Origin: Rhizophagus irregularis | Taxonomy: Eukaryota | Length of the DNA stretch: 64,000 bases | Assembly: GCF_026210795.1 (NCBI RefSeq) | Contig: NC_089430.1 | Span: 930,001-994,000 of the forward strand | Reading direction: 5' to 3' | In this document: positions 12,623 to 26,694 of the stretch, one piece after another | How the letters are laid out: each line of letters opens with the position of its first letter | How positions within the stretch are numbered: the stretch's first letter is position 1 | The notes under the pieces: generated by a model | The model's input: the letters and a program-made list of their open reading frames with translations, nothing else | Database searches by the model: none | What the model was told of the DNA's origin: nothing | Program-made: the position numbers and the translations under genes

Positions 12623-14407
12623 TTAGTCCAAATTGGCAATGAAAGGTTCCAAAGATACTTTGTAAACTGGTAAATTATTCATTAATCGTTCGATATATTT
12701 AAGATAATTGATATTATTTTCAAGTTGTACTGCTTGAGGTTCTTTCCACCATTGATTATTAATAAGAAATTTGGGATTCATATCTGGCCTGATTTTTCCT
12801 AAAGTGAATCCAATGATACAGTTATGTATAGTAGTTCCATAAAATAAATTCTTCTTGCACATCGTACAATATGTGTGCACGTGATGATTTTCTGTATCAC
12901 ATTCCATGGTACAACGACTTCCACCATGATTGATTGGTTGACCAGCGATTACTTGTTTAATTTTGATGTTTTCTAAATACATGTTTTCTAGAGCTTGACG
13001 GTCCATACCACACATGGTCCAAGCGATATGTTCTTCAATATTGATCTGATTTTCTTCTGAATAATCAGAGAATGCCTCTCCATTAATTTGTCTTTCCCAC
13101 GAATTATTATATTCTTCTGTATCAATTGAATAGTTATCTTCATTACACTGACAAATAATTTCATTGCAGCAACTATATGGTGATGGTGAACGGGCTGGAG
13201 GAGGTTGACAATCTTTACAAATACAATCTTCTGAATGAGGTCCATTGAGGTTGTCAAACTCATATCGAATTCCTGAAATAATATTGATAGGAGAACTATT
13301 TCCTGATCGTTCTTCAATGTAGCTTTGCATATCGTATAATAAATTATCACAATGATTTAACAAATCGATGGCTCTTTGAGCAGGTCTATCAGTATAATCA
13401 TCTTCTGAATCTGCATCATACTCTTCATGTACTGGAGTAAAGCTTTCATTTGCATTAGTTTGTCTTTCTTTTTCGATAGAAATCATGAAACAACTAAGAG
13501 TTTGATTATCTTCTTCAAACATTCTGGATAATGCGTCTGCATTTGCATTTGCTTTTCCTGCTCGATGCTTAATATTAAAGTCATACTGTTGAAGGTCCAT
13601 GACCCATCTTGCACGGCGACCTTTTGGGATTTTGGATGTCTTTAACCATTTTAGAGCAGAGTGGTCGGTAACAATTGTGAAAGGTTTCAATCCTAAGTAG
13701 TGTTGGAAATGTTTGATAGCCCACACTATCGCAAGACATTCCTGGTCAGTTATAGGGTAATTGCACTCAGCCTTATTCAAAGATCTGCTGGCATAAGCGA
13801 CTACATGTTCTTTTCCATCCTCTCTTATTTGTGATAATACAGCACCAAGTCCAGTTCCAGATGCGTCTGTATGGATAATGAAGGGTTGTTTAAAGTCAGG
13901 ATATGTTAAGATCGGAGATTTAATTAATCTTTCCTTCAAATAATCAAATGCAGTTTGCTGTTTCTCAGTCCAATGAAAAGGGGTTTCCTTCTTTAAAAGT
14001 AATAACATTGGTTTGGCTATTTTTGAGAAATCTTTGATGAACTTTCGATAGTAGGAGAATAAGTCTAATGCTGAGCGAAGTTGCGTTAGGTTTGTTGGGA
14101 CTGGAAAAGTTCTAATTTTCTCAATTTTTTCTGGATCAGGTCGGATACCTTCTCATCCTACTACATGTCCTAGGAAATGAATATTTCCAAGGCAAAAATA
14201 ACATTTCTTAAGTTTAATCTTCAAATTTGCTCGTCTAAGAGTTTCAAATACTTGTCTAAGATGATCCAAGTGTTGCTCCAAGGTTCCCTTTGAGTAAATG
14301 ATTACATCATCTAAGTATACTGCCACAAACTTTCCTAGATACTCTTGAAGTATTCTATTCATTAGTCGTTGAAAAGTTCCAGGCGCATAAGCTAAACCAA
14401 AGGGCAT
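12623..14407 (-). pseudogene. 5'-truncated pol: RT C-terminal half, RNase H and a Cys/His-rich extension; one in-frame TGA at 14153-14155
   Basis: MPFGL...YLDD; TDAS...GAVL...YASR...TDHSAL...NADALSR; the two ORFs are in frame across the stop. Confidence 0.9.
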
Positions 14408-14429
14408 TCAATTTCAAAATTCAAATTGT

Positions 14430-14685
14430 TGCAAGTACGTCTGCTAATATCTCAAGTACGTCTGAGAAAGTAAATTTCGTTTGCAAGTGCGTCTGCAAGT
14501 ATTCTCAAGTTTGTCTGAGAAAAGAAATTACGTCTGCAAGTTCGTCTGCAAGTATTCTCAAGTTCGTCTGAGAAAAGAAATTACGTCTGCAAGTTCGTCT
14601 GCAAGTATTCTCAAGTTTGTCTGAGAAAAGAAATTACGTCTGCAAGTTCGTCTGCAAGTATTCTCAAGTTCGTCTGAGAAAATAA
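14430..14685. repeat. Tandem repeat of about 53 bp in the retroelement leader
   Basis: About 4-5 units of tacgtctgcaagttcgtctgcaagtattctcaagtt..tctgagaaaagaaat. Confidence 0.85.
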
Positions 14686-14715
14686 ATCAATTGTTAATTC
14701 ACAGTATAGCCTTTT

Positions 14716-14733
14716 ACCTGGCAGGAATCACCA
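14716..14733 (-). promoter_or_regulatory. Primer-binding site (TGGTGATTCCTGCCAGG), possibly tRNA-Val
   Basis: TGG-initiated tract 2 nt inside the 5' LTR; tRNA identity is a guess from resemblance to fungal tRNA-Val 3' ends. Confidence 0.7.
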
Positions 14734-14735
14734 CT

Positions 14736-15301
14736 TGTTAACCGATTCGGTACGTTGAATAGATTAACTATGATTTGCAGTCAGGGAGATTAAGTACGTT
14801 TAACTATGACTGAAATCCAATCAAACAAGACACGCTTAAAGTAGGGAGTTCGTTTATAGTGTAAAAGGTTATACTTTATTATAGAACTTTATAATTACAA
14901 GAATAAGAATTAAGGAACTAAAGGTAAACTAATTCGAACTGAAGGAACTTAACTTATAACGAAGGAAAATACCAACGTTATTTATATAAAAGTTACTACA
15001 TATAAAGATATAATAAATATAATAGATATAATAAATATAAGAAATATAACTAATATAATAAATATAACTAATATAATAAATATAACTAATATAATAAATA
15101 TAATAAATAAATTAAATATAATAAATAAAATAATTATATCGATTATATTAAATATAATTAATATAATAAATATAATAGAAATAATAGGCTAAGTAGGCTG
15201 CGGCTAGGTCGGCTTGGTACAGTTAGGCACAGTAGATCCTAATTTTCCACATGATCTTCTGGCGTAGTAAATTGTAACTCTACACGTGACTAGGGGTAAC
15301 A
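14736..15301 (-). repeat. 5' LTR
   Basis: 566-bp copy of 8858-9423; only one difference spotted by eye (gattag/gattcg). Confidence 0.95.
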
Positions 15302-15845
15302 GCGTTCTACTGCGTTGATTTCTCGAGGAAAATTAACTATAAATCATAATTAAAAAATCAAATCAATTAATTAATAAGAAAATCGTTAGCGTTCTACTGC
15401 GTTGATTTCTCGAGGAAAATCAACTATAAATCATAATTAAAAAATCAAATCAATTAATTAATAAGAAAATCGTTAGCGTTCTACTGTGTTGATTTCTCGA
15501 TTGAAAAATCAACTATAAATCATAATTAGAAAAGACAAATAAATTAATTAATAAGAAAATCGTTAGCATTTTACTGCGTTGATTTCTCGAGGAAAATCAA
15601 CTATAAATCATAATTAAAAAAGACAAATCAATTAATTAATAAGAAAATCGTTAGCGTCCTATTGCGTTGATTTCTCGATTGAAAAATCAACTATAAATCA
15701 TAATTAAAAAGACAAATCAATTAATTAATAAGAAAATCGTTAGCGTCCTGCGTTGATTTCTCGATTGAAAAATCAATTATAAATCATAATTAAAAAGACA
15801 AATAAATTAAAATTACGAAAATTGTTAGCGTTCTACTGCGTTAAA
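15302..15845. repeat. Tandem repeat of about 88-90 bp in element A (right part)
   Basis: About 6 more units resuming exactly in register after the TSD gcgt. Confidence 0.9.
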
Positions 15846-17629
15846 ATTTGATATACTTTAATGCGGCAAGTTATACTTTGTCGAAATTTGCAGTAAAATC
15901 GAAAATATATTGTTATTATAGCAATATCACTTCGATTAATACAAAATTGTTACTTTTCAACTTTCGCTAAAATTTACAGTTTCTTTTGATAAAGTTTGTT
16001 TGGCATCCGAAAATGATAAAGGAATAATAAAGTGATTATCTTGTAAATAAAAGTTATTTTAAAATAAAATAAGCTTTTTATTTTAAAAATAAGCTTTTTA
16101 TTGTAAAATAAGCTTAAATCATATTGCAATTTTTAAAAGTATATTAATTAGAAAATTCGCAAATTTATTATATAAAATTGCCAAATTTGCGAAAAAAAAA
16201 TATTAAATCCTAAAAAATTATTGAAATAATCATAGAAGCCAGGATTACATTAATTATACATACAAATTATACAAATTTTGTGTTATTCCAAATTTTATAA
16301 AAATCGGCCTTTTAACAAATTTGGATTTTGCCAAACTTATTAAACTTATTCAAACACTAAACAAATGAGCAGAAAAAGGTCAGTCTCTAGTATACTTGAA
16401 GATCTTGATGATGAAGAATCACCTTCAAATTAGCCATCTTCTACTCGTAGAAATAGATCAATTTCTGGTATAATAAACGAAGAAATAGTATCTTCTGCTA
16501 GACCAACAAGTAATAAAAGAAAACTAGTAGTTTGTAATTATCCTGATTGTGATGGCAACTTGGTGGATTCTCGCACAAAAGAAATTCACGATTCTAGACA
16601 TCAAGAATACCAAGATTCACAAGGTACAATTTCGTCTCAAGTTCGTCAACTTGAAATAGGTGAAACATCAATACCCGCTTCAGCTGGACGAATGATTGAT
16701 GAATCTATTAGACAAGAATCGGAAGAATCAGATAACAGTAATCAAGATGATGTTGATGATGAACATCAAGATGTCGAATTTAACTTCTTACCTCAACAAT
16801 ATGCAAGAAAGTATACAAATCGTCCAGAAATTTCAGAAGATCCAGAAGATTTATCATCATCCGAATATACTACAGAGGAAGATATCTACAGTGATACATT
16901 GTCTATAGGCAGTGAATCAGATAATGATCCAATTTCTGGAATTTCTGAAATTTTTGAAGACTATTCACCACCTAGTTATGAACCATTTCAAAACCCACCA
17001 TATTTAGAATCGAATTATGATCGATTTTTATGGATTTTACTTTGGATAATGAACTTTCGAACAAGATTCAATATCGCAGAGACAGCTACTGAGACTCTAA
17101 TAAAATTTATGAAATTGGCCCTGTGCAAGTTCAGTAGTGACGATTTTAATGATTTCCCAGATTCACTTTACTTAACAAGAAAGAAGCTTGGATTAAACGA
17201 CCAATTTCATAGTTTTGTACCTTGTCCGAAATGTCACAAATTGTATAAAAAAAGGAAGTGGTAGATTTCAAACAAGAGGACAATCCTGCTATAATGAAAT
17301 GTCAACACATAAAATTTCCCAATTCTTCAGTTCGCAGATCACGTCTTTGCAATACGGCATTGTCTGAAAAAATTAGCGCATCGACAAATCGAACAATAAT
17401 ACGCCACAGGTCGAACAGATGTCATTGTTGCAAAATTTGCCTGGAATTTTTCTGGCAAATTGAAAATTATCCCGGTGAATTAGGGTAAATTGTGTTACAA
17501 TTTTGGGATAATGGAGGTCTTACAATTTGGCAAATTTTGTCAAAATGGCGGAATTCCTACAGAATTCCTAATTCAAATGTTGAGAAATTTTTCAGTATAT
17601 TATCATTAAATTGTGGGAAATTTTAGGCA

Positions 17630-18480
17630 AATCTTTAGTAATGATATGCAAATGAAGTGCAAATTGTGGTGAATTTAGTTAAATTTTTAGTAATTTTATG
17701 CAAACGTAATGTAAATTGTGGTGAATTTAGTCAAATTTTTAGTAATATTATGTAAACGAAGTGCAAATTGTAGTGAATTTAGTTAAATTTTTAGTAATTT
17801 TATACAAACATAATGTAAATTGTGGTGAATTTTAGGCAAATTTTTAGTAATTTTATGCAAACGTAATGCAAATTGTGGTGAATTTAGTCAAATTTTTAGT
17901 AATTTTATGTAAACGTAATGCAAATTGTGGTGAATTTAGTCAAATTTTTAGTAATGTTATGTAAACGAAGTGCAAATTGTGGTGAATTTAGTCAAATTTT
18001 TAGTAATTTTATGTAAACGAAGTGCAAATTGTGGTGAATTTAGTCAAATTTTTAGTAATGTTATGTAAACGAAGTGCAAATTATGGTGAATTTAGTCAAA
18101 TTTTTAGTAATGTTATGTAAACGAAGTGCAAATTGTGGTGAATTTTGTTAAATTTTTAGTAATGTTATGTAAACGAAGTGAAAATTGTGGTGAATTTTGT
18201 TAAATTTTTAGTAATGTTATGTAAACATAATGCAAATTGTGGTGAATTTAGTTAAATTTTTAGTAATTTTATGTAAACGTAATGCAAATTGTGGTGAATT
18301 TAGTTAAATTTTTAGTAAATTTATGCAAATGTAATGCAAATTGTGGTGAATTTAGTCAAATTTTTAGAAATGTTATGTAAACGAAGTGCAAATTGTGGTG
18401 AATTTAGTTAAATTTTTAGTAATTTTATGCAAACGTAATGCAAATTGTGGTGAATTTAGGTAAATTTTTAGTAATGACGC
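17630..18480. repeat. 43-bp subterminal tandem repeat of element C
   Basis: About 19 units gcaaattgtggtgaatttagtcaaatttttagtaattttatgtaaacg. Confidence 0.9.
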
Positions 18481-18559
18481 CAAATTTACCAAATTTGAAA
18501 TAAAAATTGTCAAAAATATTACATATATTTTGATATTTATTATATAATCCATTAATATC

Positions 18560-20998
18560 CCTACATATTCTTCCTACACCCTTACTGTTCTTTTTCTTTT
18601 TCTTTTAAGGTTCTCTTAGGAACATTATCATGAATATGTTCCTGTTTTTGGGACGATGGTTTGGATGATAATTTTTTATTTGTTTTTTTCGATTGATCAC
18701 GTATGTTGTCAATAACTTCCTGCAATTCATCAAGTGCTTCGTTGTTTTTGTTTGTGGATTTTTTATTTTTTGAAATTCTTTTTGATGATCGTGTTTGTTG
18801 AGAAGTTTTCCGTGATGATGGGGGTTTTTGCAGTGGTAATGGTGGGGTTTTAGAGGATTGTTTAGATCATTTGTTTGATCGTCGTCCCGATGTCTGTGAT
18901 AATGGCGTTTCCTCTTGCTCCAGCTCGTTTATCTCATCCTCACCCTCTTCTTCTTCATCAGATTCAGCATTTATATCTAATTTATCGACATTGAGACCTT
19001 AAAAGAAAAATTTAAAAAATTTTCTAAAAAATTCCGTTTCATAAAAAAAAAAAGAGAACGGTAATACTCAATTACCATAACTTTGTTTACTTTGTTGACT
19101 TTGTTCCTCCTCTTCGCTCTCTGATTCCGACTCATCATCTGATTCTTCATCAATAGATTTATGGACTGAGGGAGATTCTCGCTTTTCGTCTTTAAGTGTC
19201 CACCAAATTAAATTTGGTGGTGCTTTCTTATTTTTCCAAAATTCATCTTTAAGGATACGAAGACGTACTCTCTTATTTTCTGGAAAATATTTTTCTACGT
19301 ACTCGTCAATTGAATGTAGAAGGTTCGTTAACTAAAAATAAACGTGTATTAGAAATAGATAAACTTCTGTTGTTTTTGAGGTTTGGCATTTTTCTAAAAT
19401 TCGAAAGCATGCAAAGAAATTGATATGCTGAGATTTGGCGAAACTAGAAGCACCAATCACGTATTGATAAAGACATTTTAGTGTTACTGCGCATAAACAA
19501 AATGAATTGTCTGACTTACTTCATCAGATCTCCATGATAATTTGTAAACAAAAAGGTTTTTGTGGTCTGTGGATGCGTTTGGATCATTCTCCAGATCACT
19601 TTATTCAGGAGAGTGGTATTCGTTCTTGTTTATTATTTCATTAATATCCTTGATCCCGCGTTTTTTAAAAGATTTTCGATAATCGAGGTGATTTTTCATG
19701 GCTAATGCGCCCTTCATCCTTCGTTCTCGTTTCTGAAATTAAAATAACTATTAGTAATTTTCAATATTACCTAAAAATTTGGAACTTGATTAACTTACTT
19801 TCTGATAAACGGTTGATTATATGGCTCATTATTTTTTTTTGTTTTATTTCTGCCTCATTAAGCTGGCTTTCTTTCCATTTACGTTGGCCATTTTTATGCA
19901 AATCTGAGAACACATCCCAAACTATACTTAATGTTGCATGAATACCACGTTGTTCAAGAAGTGATTGGATACGGGGAATCAGATCCTTTTCCAATTGTGG
20001 TGCAATCTCGCCAAACTTCTTTGTATAATTGATGGGAATTTCATCAATTTTTGCGCTACAAATTAGAATTTTAATTTCGTTCTATAAAATGAAAATTGAT
20101 AAAATTAATGAGTTTAAACGTCACATAAATAATAAAAATATACCAAAACAAACTTTTATTTCTTTTCGATGCTTTTTATTATATTGTTTTTGTAATGTCT
20201 CTTGCAACGAATGTAGATCTTTTTCAGGGATATATTCCTCATTGTCTTGTTTATCAAGTTCATCTTCGTCATCGTCATCATCAACCTGAATATATTCTAT
20301 TTGTCGATTTTGTCGTGAACGTTCTTGTGAGTTCAGAGAACGCTCTAGCATTCTCGTTATTTGCCCGAACCCAGTGGACATTTGTTCTTGAATTGACGAC
20401 ATTCCCCGTTCAAGTCGTAAAATACGTTCTTAATGTACAAAAAAATAGTAATTTTTAAATTAAGTTTGCTATTTAATCAAAATTTTGAATGATCTGCCAA
20501 ATTATCCGTCAAAACGTAAATTATACCTTCAGTATTCAGACTTGATGACCTATTTAATCGATTACGATTGTGTATTTTACTGGTAAAAAAATGATTTATC
20601 CTACACATATCTTACACATATTGGGTACTCAAAATGTAGAAAATCATACACAAATAATACACATATCATACACATATCGGGTACTAATATATATATCATA
20701 CATATATCAGGTACCTGATAGGTATACTATATATATAAGTACCCGATATGTGTATGATATGTGTATTATTTGTGTATGATTTTCTACATTTTGAGTACCT
20801 GATATATGTAAAATATGTGTAGGATATGTGTAGGATAGACCATTTTTTTACCAGTGTTTGGTCGATGGATTCGGCTGAATTTAAGTGTGATAAAGAGTGA
20901 ACTGTCTGAATGCCTTGTCCATCATGAGAAGCGTCGATGAATAAAGGAGAATGTAGTGTACGAGTACGACGTGTTAACGAACTTCTTTTTTTGGTCAT
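18560..20998 (-). pseudogene. Multi-exon second (TnpA-like accessory) gene of element C, interrupted by a MITE; 3' end approximate
   Basis: ATG at 20998 (MTKKRSS), exonic ORFs 20121-20402 and 19767-19994; NKNEYHSPE...LSWRSDE near 19520-19630, homologous to the element A gene. Confidence 0.6.
20578..20856. mobile_element. 279-bp CACTG MITE, copy 1
   Basis: Near-palindromic (t)actggtaaaaaaatg...cattttttaccagtg; 3-bp TSD ttt. Confidence 0.92.
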
Positions 20999-22119
20999 TA
21001 TCAGAAAAGAAATGAAGTAAAAGCTAGAAATGTGGAAGGAACGAATGTAAAATTGAAGAAACGTAAAGTAAAAAAAGAGTTGAGTAAAAAAAAAATTAGA
21101 AAGTAACAAAAATAAAATAATTTGAAAATTGTAAAGACGATTTTAATGTAAAGGAACAAAAATTGCAAAATCGACGTTTGTATTGTAAAAAAAAAAATCA
21201 CTCTTTATATATTTATTCCAATTAAATGTTTTCTTCGCGTAATTGTTGAAATAATTTAATAATTTTTGAATTGTTCTATTTTGGTCATTGCTGATTTTGG
21301 AAAGTAGTTAAATAGTTAAATGATTTGAATTGTTCTATTTTGGTCATCACTAATTTTGGAATTAGTTAGCCAATCGCTAAGTATATTAAGAATATAATTA
21401 AAAATAATTTGGTATTTAATATATAAATTTAGTCAAACAAGGTTACGAGGAGTATACTGAAAGTTAAATTTATTGTTATTGCTGATATATTTAAGTATAT
21501 AATTAAGAATAATTTGGCTATAAAAAGTTAAACAAGGAGTATACTGAAAGTTAAATTTTATTGTAGATCTGTTAAAATGTAACATATTCACTTTCGATTA
21601 TGTATTGATCTACAATTGATGTATTGATGTTCGAAAAAAATATACAATTGATGTATTGAAACTCGAAAAAAAATAAAAATGTATATACAATTGATGTATT
21701 GATGTTCGAAAAAAATAAAAATGTATCGTCTGATTATTTATTACAGCGAAATGCTGGTATTTTGGTTAAATTCACATTTTGTAAAATTAAATCAAAATTT
21801 GAAAAAATGATGAATGTTAATGAAAGACGCGTTAAAACAAGAACTAAAAAAAAATGTTATTGTAATAAATGCAACAGAAAGTATGTTGATCCAAGAACCA
21901 AACAAAAACATTCAATGAGTCTAAGTCTTGATGATGCAACTACTTCAAATGACCCAATGAGTATTGGATCATCATTCGTTAATGAAGAAATCTCTATCGA
22001 CCCTCAAGAAAGCACATCAACATCAGAAAATTTGTCAACATTTTCTTCGAAAAGGAGAAAACGAAGCAGGTATAATACTTATTTGGAGCGTGACACTCAA
22101 ATGCAAAATATAAATGACA

Positions 22120-22310
22120 GTGATGATAACAATGACAGTAACGAAGAAACTGATAATTATGGTGATAGCGATGATGGGGATGATAGTGATGATAACGATG
22201 ATGGGGATGATGGGGATGATAACGATGATGGGGATGATAGCGATGATGGGGATGATAACGATGATGGGGATAATAGCGATAATGGGAATGATGGGGATGA
22301 TGATGGCGAA
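22120..22310 (+). repeat. Coding minisatellite (gatgataacgatgatggg)n giving a poly-Asp tract
   Basis: Directly visible 9/18-bp units. Confidence 0.9.
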
Positions 22311-22447
22311 GAAACCAACATTTTTGAAGATTACTCTCGACCGAATTATGATTTTCCAAACAATATTAATGAAAATCTGCAAAATATTGAAGATTGGATA
22401 ATTGTGTTTATTTTGAGGTATCAAACTAGATTTCGGCTAGCAGATAC

Positions 22448-22726
22448 CACTGGTAAAAAAATGGTCTATTCTACACATATCCTACACATATCTTATATAT
22501 ATCGGGTACTCAAAATGTAGAAAATCATACACAAATAATACACATATCATATACATATCGGGTACTTATATATATAGTATACCTATCAGGTACCTGATAT
22601 ATGTATGATATATATATTAGTACCCGATATGTGTATGATATGTGTATTATTTGTGTATGATTTTCTACATTTTGAGTACCCAATATGTGTAAGATATGTG
22701 TAGGATAAATCATTTTTTTACCAGTG
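22448..22726. mobile_element. 279-bp CACTG MITE, copy 2 (opposite orientation to copy 1)
   Basis: Same sequence; flanked by a 4-bp duplication atac; its removal restores ...RLADTAIDTLIKF. Confidence 0.92.
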
Positions 22727-25499
22727 ATACCGCAATCGATACATTAATTAAATTCATCAAACATATTTTAACAAATTTTAATTACGATCGTTTTAAAGAT
22801 TTTCCTATTTCGTTGTATACTGCAAAAAAGAAATTAGGATTGAAGCATCAATTTGTCAAATTTTCCGTATGTCCTTCATGTCACAAATTACATAATATAG
22901 ATGATGTTAAACAACACACAATCCAACAACACAAAGCAATAAAAAAATGTGGTCATGTACAATTTCCAAATCATCGTTTACTTCGACAATGCAATGCTCC
23001 ATTATCAGAACAAAAAGAACTAGACGATGGTAAAGTCGTTAATGCACCATTATTAATTTATCCGATGCCCAGTATAAAAGAGCAACTTTTACAAATGTAT
23101 CAAAGGCCAAACTTTGAAAAAAATCTTAAATTATGGGCCGATAGAAGCGTCAACGACCGAGTCTTATGTGATGTATATGATGGTGAAATTTGGAAGAATT
23201 TCTCAAATAGTGGAATAATAGTGGATGATGAATCTGACAAACAAAGATTTTTAATAAAGAACATGCGGATGATCATTTGGGTATTATGATTAACGTCGAT
23301 TGGTTTCAGCCATTTGAAAGGACAATTCATAGTTCTGGTGCTATATATGGAGCTATTTGCAATATCCCAAGAGAATTGCGCTTTAAACCTGAAAATATGC
23401 TCATTTTAGGATTAATGCCAGGCCCTAATGAACCAAGCTTACATCAGATAAATCATTACTTGGCGCCAATTGTTGATCAATTTCAAACTTTTTGGGAAGG
23501 AGTGGGATTAGACAGAACTTCTGAACATTTATCCGGAAGATTGATAAAATGCGCAGTAATTGCTTGTTGCTGCGATATACCAGCTGCTAGAAAATTATGT
23601 GGCCATTATTCAGCCAATGTAAGCTGTCACAGATGCTTAAAGGTTGCAAGAAATAGAAATTTTAGTGGCATGGATGATATTGACGAATGGTTTGTTGCTA
23701 AAAGCGCGAATAGTCATCGAAAAATGGCTTTGGAATGGAGAAAATGTAAAAGCAACGAAGCTAGAAAAAGACATGTGAAGCAATATCACGCGAGATGGTC
23801 AGAAATGCTCCATTTGTCTTATTTTGATCCGATACGATTTTTACCTGTGGACCCGATGCATAATTTATTTATAGGAATTGCATCATTTATCGTAAAACGG
23901 CTTTGGTTAAGACATGGTAAAATAAATATGGATGATCTGACGAAAATTCAAAAAAACATGAACAATATTCATCCACCATCAGAAATCGGTCAAATTCCTC
24001 ATAAAATAGATATTGGGGAAGGATTTTTTAATTTAACGGCTAACGAATGGAAAAATTTTTTCCTGATTTATGCCAGAGTCGTTCTTTGGGATTTTTTGGA
24101 CCAAGTAGATCGGAAAATCTTAGTACATTTCAGCCAAGCTTGTTCTATATTAGTCCGAAGGATTGTTACAATCAAAAATTTAGATGACGCACATGAACAT
24201 TTAATTGAAATTTTGAAACTTATCGAAACGAATTACGGAGAAGTTTCAATAACACCAAATTTACATCTTTCATTACACTTGAACAAATGTTGTAAAGATT
24301 ACGGTCCTTTTTACTTATTTTGGTGTTTCTCCTTTAAAAGGATGAATGGAATTTTTGGTTGGTATTTACAATAATATTATTCAAATTATTCAGAATTATT
24401 ACTTACGATTTTACAATTATACAGGGAGTTTACCTAATAGTAGACGAAAAATTGAACCGGAAATTATGCGATTTATGATGCAGAGTTCTCAAATTGAACG
24501 AAGATTCAATACATTGGCTCTAAATCATCAGGCCATTTTTCAAATACTTGATTTAAATGATGATACAACTGACGATAATGAAAATGAATCTCTCGAAAGT
24601 GAGGAATTACAGGCATTTTTAGACATATCCGAAAAGCTGGTTTCTAGCGGGGCAATAGGAACGGAGGAATATCCTGAAGAACTTTTAAGTCCGATAAAAT
24701 TGAATGTCATATTACCGGATGATATTTTGGATTTACTAGTTGATTACTACAATCGCGCTTATGAAGAATATAATTTTAGCTGACCACGGTTAGATCCTTC
24801 TTCATCAACCAAAAATTACATTGCTGTAACTGGAAATATCACACAATGTGGCAGATTGCGAATCGGTGCAGAATATTTTGGGTCAATATTATCCAAAAGG
24901 TATATTAGAAGCTCTTATATTTTAGCACATTTTATAGAACAACGTGGAAATGATATAGACACATATCCCGGCCAGGTACAATTCTATTTCAAACATACAG
25001 TTCATCTTCCGAATGGTCCGACAGAACATTATTTGGCTTTTGTGAATTGGTATAAACCCGCTGCGACCGCAAACATCAGATTTTTTTTTCCAGCGAAGAT
25101 TCTGATGATTTTACGAATGATCCGGAACTTTGGAAAAAGGAGTTTTTTAATTCTTCAGTTGATAGTATAATTCCGGTTCATCACATATTAGGTAGATTTG
25201 TTCCAGCAAAATTTAAATACAAACGTACTGAATACTTGGCCATTTTACCGTTAAATAGAAGATTTCACATTTAAATTTACCATAATAAATAATTTTTTTT
25301 TTTGCGAAATTATCCGATTATTATATCAAATTATTCAATATTCAGTAAATAATGTCGCATTTTTTTAGTAAATGATCTAATTTTTCGATAAAATGTTACA
25401 TCTTTCTAGAAAATGTCAACAAATGTACATTTTGCAAAAAAAGTGTCGAAAAAAAATAACATTCTAACGAAAAATGTAACATTTGACCAAAAAAACATG

Positions 25500-26110
25500 A
25501 AATTTGCATGAAATTTGCTAAAAAATGCGGAATTTTCATAAAAAATGTACCATTTGGCAGAAAATCGGAATATTTGACAAAAAAAAAGCAAAATTTGATT
25601 TTAATTGACAATGTTATAACAATGTTATAAAATGTTGTTACAATGATATTACATTGGTGGCAAAATGTGGAATTTTTATAAAAAATGTACCATTTGGCAG
25701 AAAATCGGAATATTTGACAAAAAAAAAAGCAAAATTTGATTTTAATTGACAATGTTATAACAATGTTATAAAATGTTGTTACAATGATATTACATTGGTG
25801 GCAAAATGTGGAATTTTCATAAAAATGTACCATTTGGCAGAAAATCGGAATATTTGACAAAAAAAAAAGCAAAATTTGATTTTAATTGACAATGTTATAA
25901 CAATGTTATGAAATGTTGTTACAATGATATTACATTGGTGGCAAAATGCGGAATTTTCATAAAAATGCACCATTTGACAAAAAAAAAGCAAAATTTGATT
26001 TAATTGACAATGTTATAACAATGTTACGAAATGTTACATTTGAGGTGTAATGTAGCATTTTTCTAAAATTTCATAAGATTTGCTAAATCGGACAATGTTG
26101 TAACAATGCT
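25500..26110. repeat. Subterminal tandem repeat of about 121 bp in element C
   Basis: About 4 units aaaaatgtaccatttggcagaaaatcggaatatttgacaaaaaaaaagcaaaatttgat... Confidence 0.9.
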
Positions 26111-26694
26111 ATTCCAAAAAATTGCTCAGCATAATGTAGCATTTTTCACAATTTCCCACCATTTTCCAGAAAAATGGGGAATTTGCATTTTTTAAATTTT
26201 GGACAATGGTGCCCTTCGACGACCTAATTTAATGTATCCATTTGCTGGAATCAATCAACAACTTGCCACTATGTTTTGTCAGCCTGGGTTTGAAAATTCT
26301 CTCCGACATTGGGCTAATCGGTCAAATTTTGATAATATTTTGACCGATATATATGATGGGCAAGTGTGGAAGAATTTCAAAAAATCGGACAATGAAGATT
26401 CGCCAAATTTTTTCAGAAGCGAAGTGGCTGATTCTCATCTTAGCTTGATGCTGAATCTTGATTGGTTTCAGCTATATGATAGTACCATTTATAGTATCAG
26501 TGTCATATACACCGCTATATGCAATTTGCCACGCAATATCTGATTTAGACGTGAAAATTTATTGACTCTCGGCATTTTACCTGGGCCAAAGGAGGTCAGC
26601 CTACATAAAGTGAACTACTATTTAGCACCAATAGTTAACGAATTGGAAACACTCTGAGCTGGGTTAACACTAAATCGTACTTATGAATGCGAAA

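Larger units (their letters stand above)
8858..15301 (-). mobile_element. Ty3/Gypsy LTR retrotransposon, internally deleted (no gag/protease)
   Basis: Two 566-bp TG...CA LTRs, 4-bp TSD gcgt, PBS and PPT present, domain order RT-RNaseH-integrase. Confidence 0.95.
21807..25274 (+). pseudogene. CACTA (Transposase_21/TnpD-type) transposase of element C, with MITE insertion, frameshifts and a stop
   Basis: CYCNKC; Asp-rich tract; CPSCHKL; DVYDGEIWK; NVDWFQPF; CDIPAARKLCGH; DPMHNLF; TPNLHLSLHL; intron 24358-24424. Confidence 0.9.
17405..26220 (+). mobile_element. CACTA element C (CACAG termini) inserted in the transposase of element A
   Basis: Left end cacaggtcgaacagatg; right end ...gcccttcgac lacks the last 5 bp (ctgtg); the host frame reads ...TIIR | PNLMYP across it; both ends are shared with element D. 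Confidence 0.88.

Noticed and set aside
20570..20779. Recurring ~65-aa ORF MIYPTHILHILGTQ... (also at 22525 and 45215)
   Set aside because: Chance frame within the palindromic 279-bp MITE
21994..22424. His-, Ile- or Met-rich ORFs in alternative frames
   Set aside because: Shadow frames of the poly-Asp minisatellite in the transposase
25396..25991. Repetitive Phe/Cys-rich ORFs (also 40607-41042)
   Set aside because: Translations of subterminal tandem repeats
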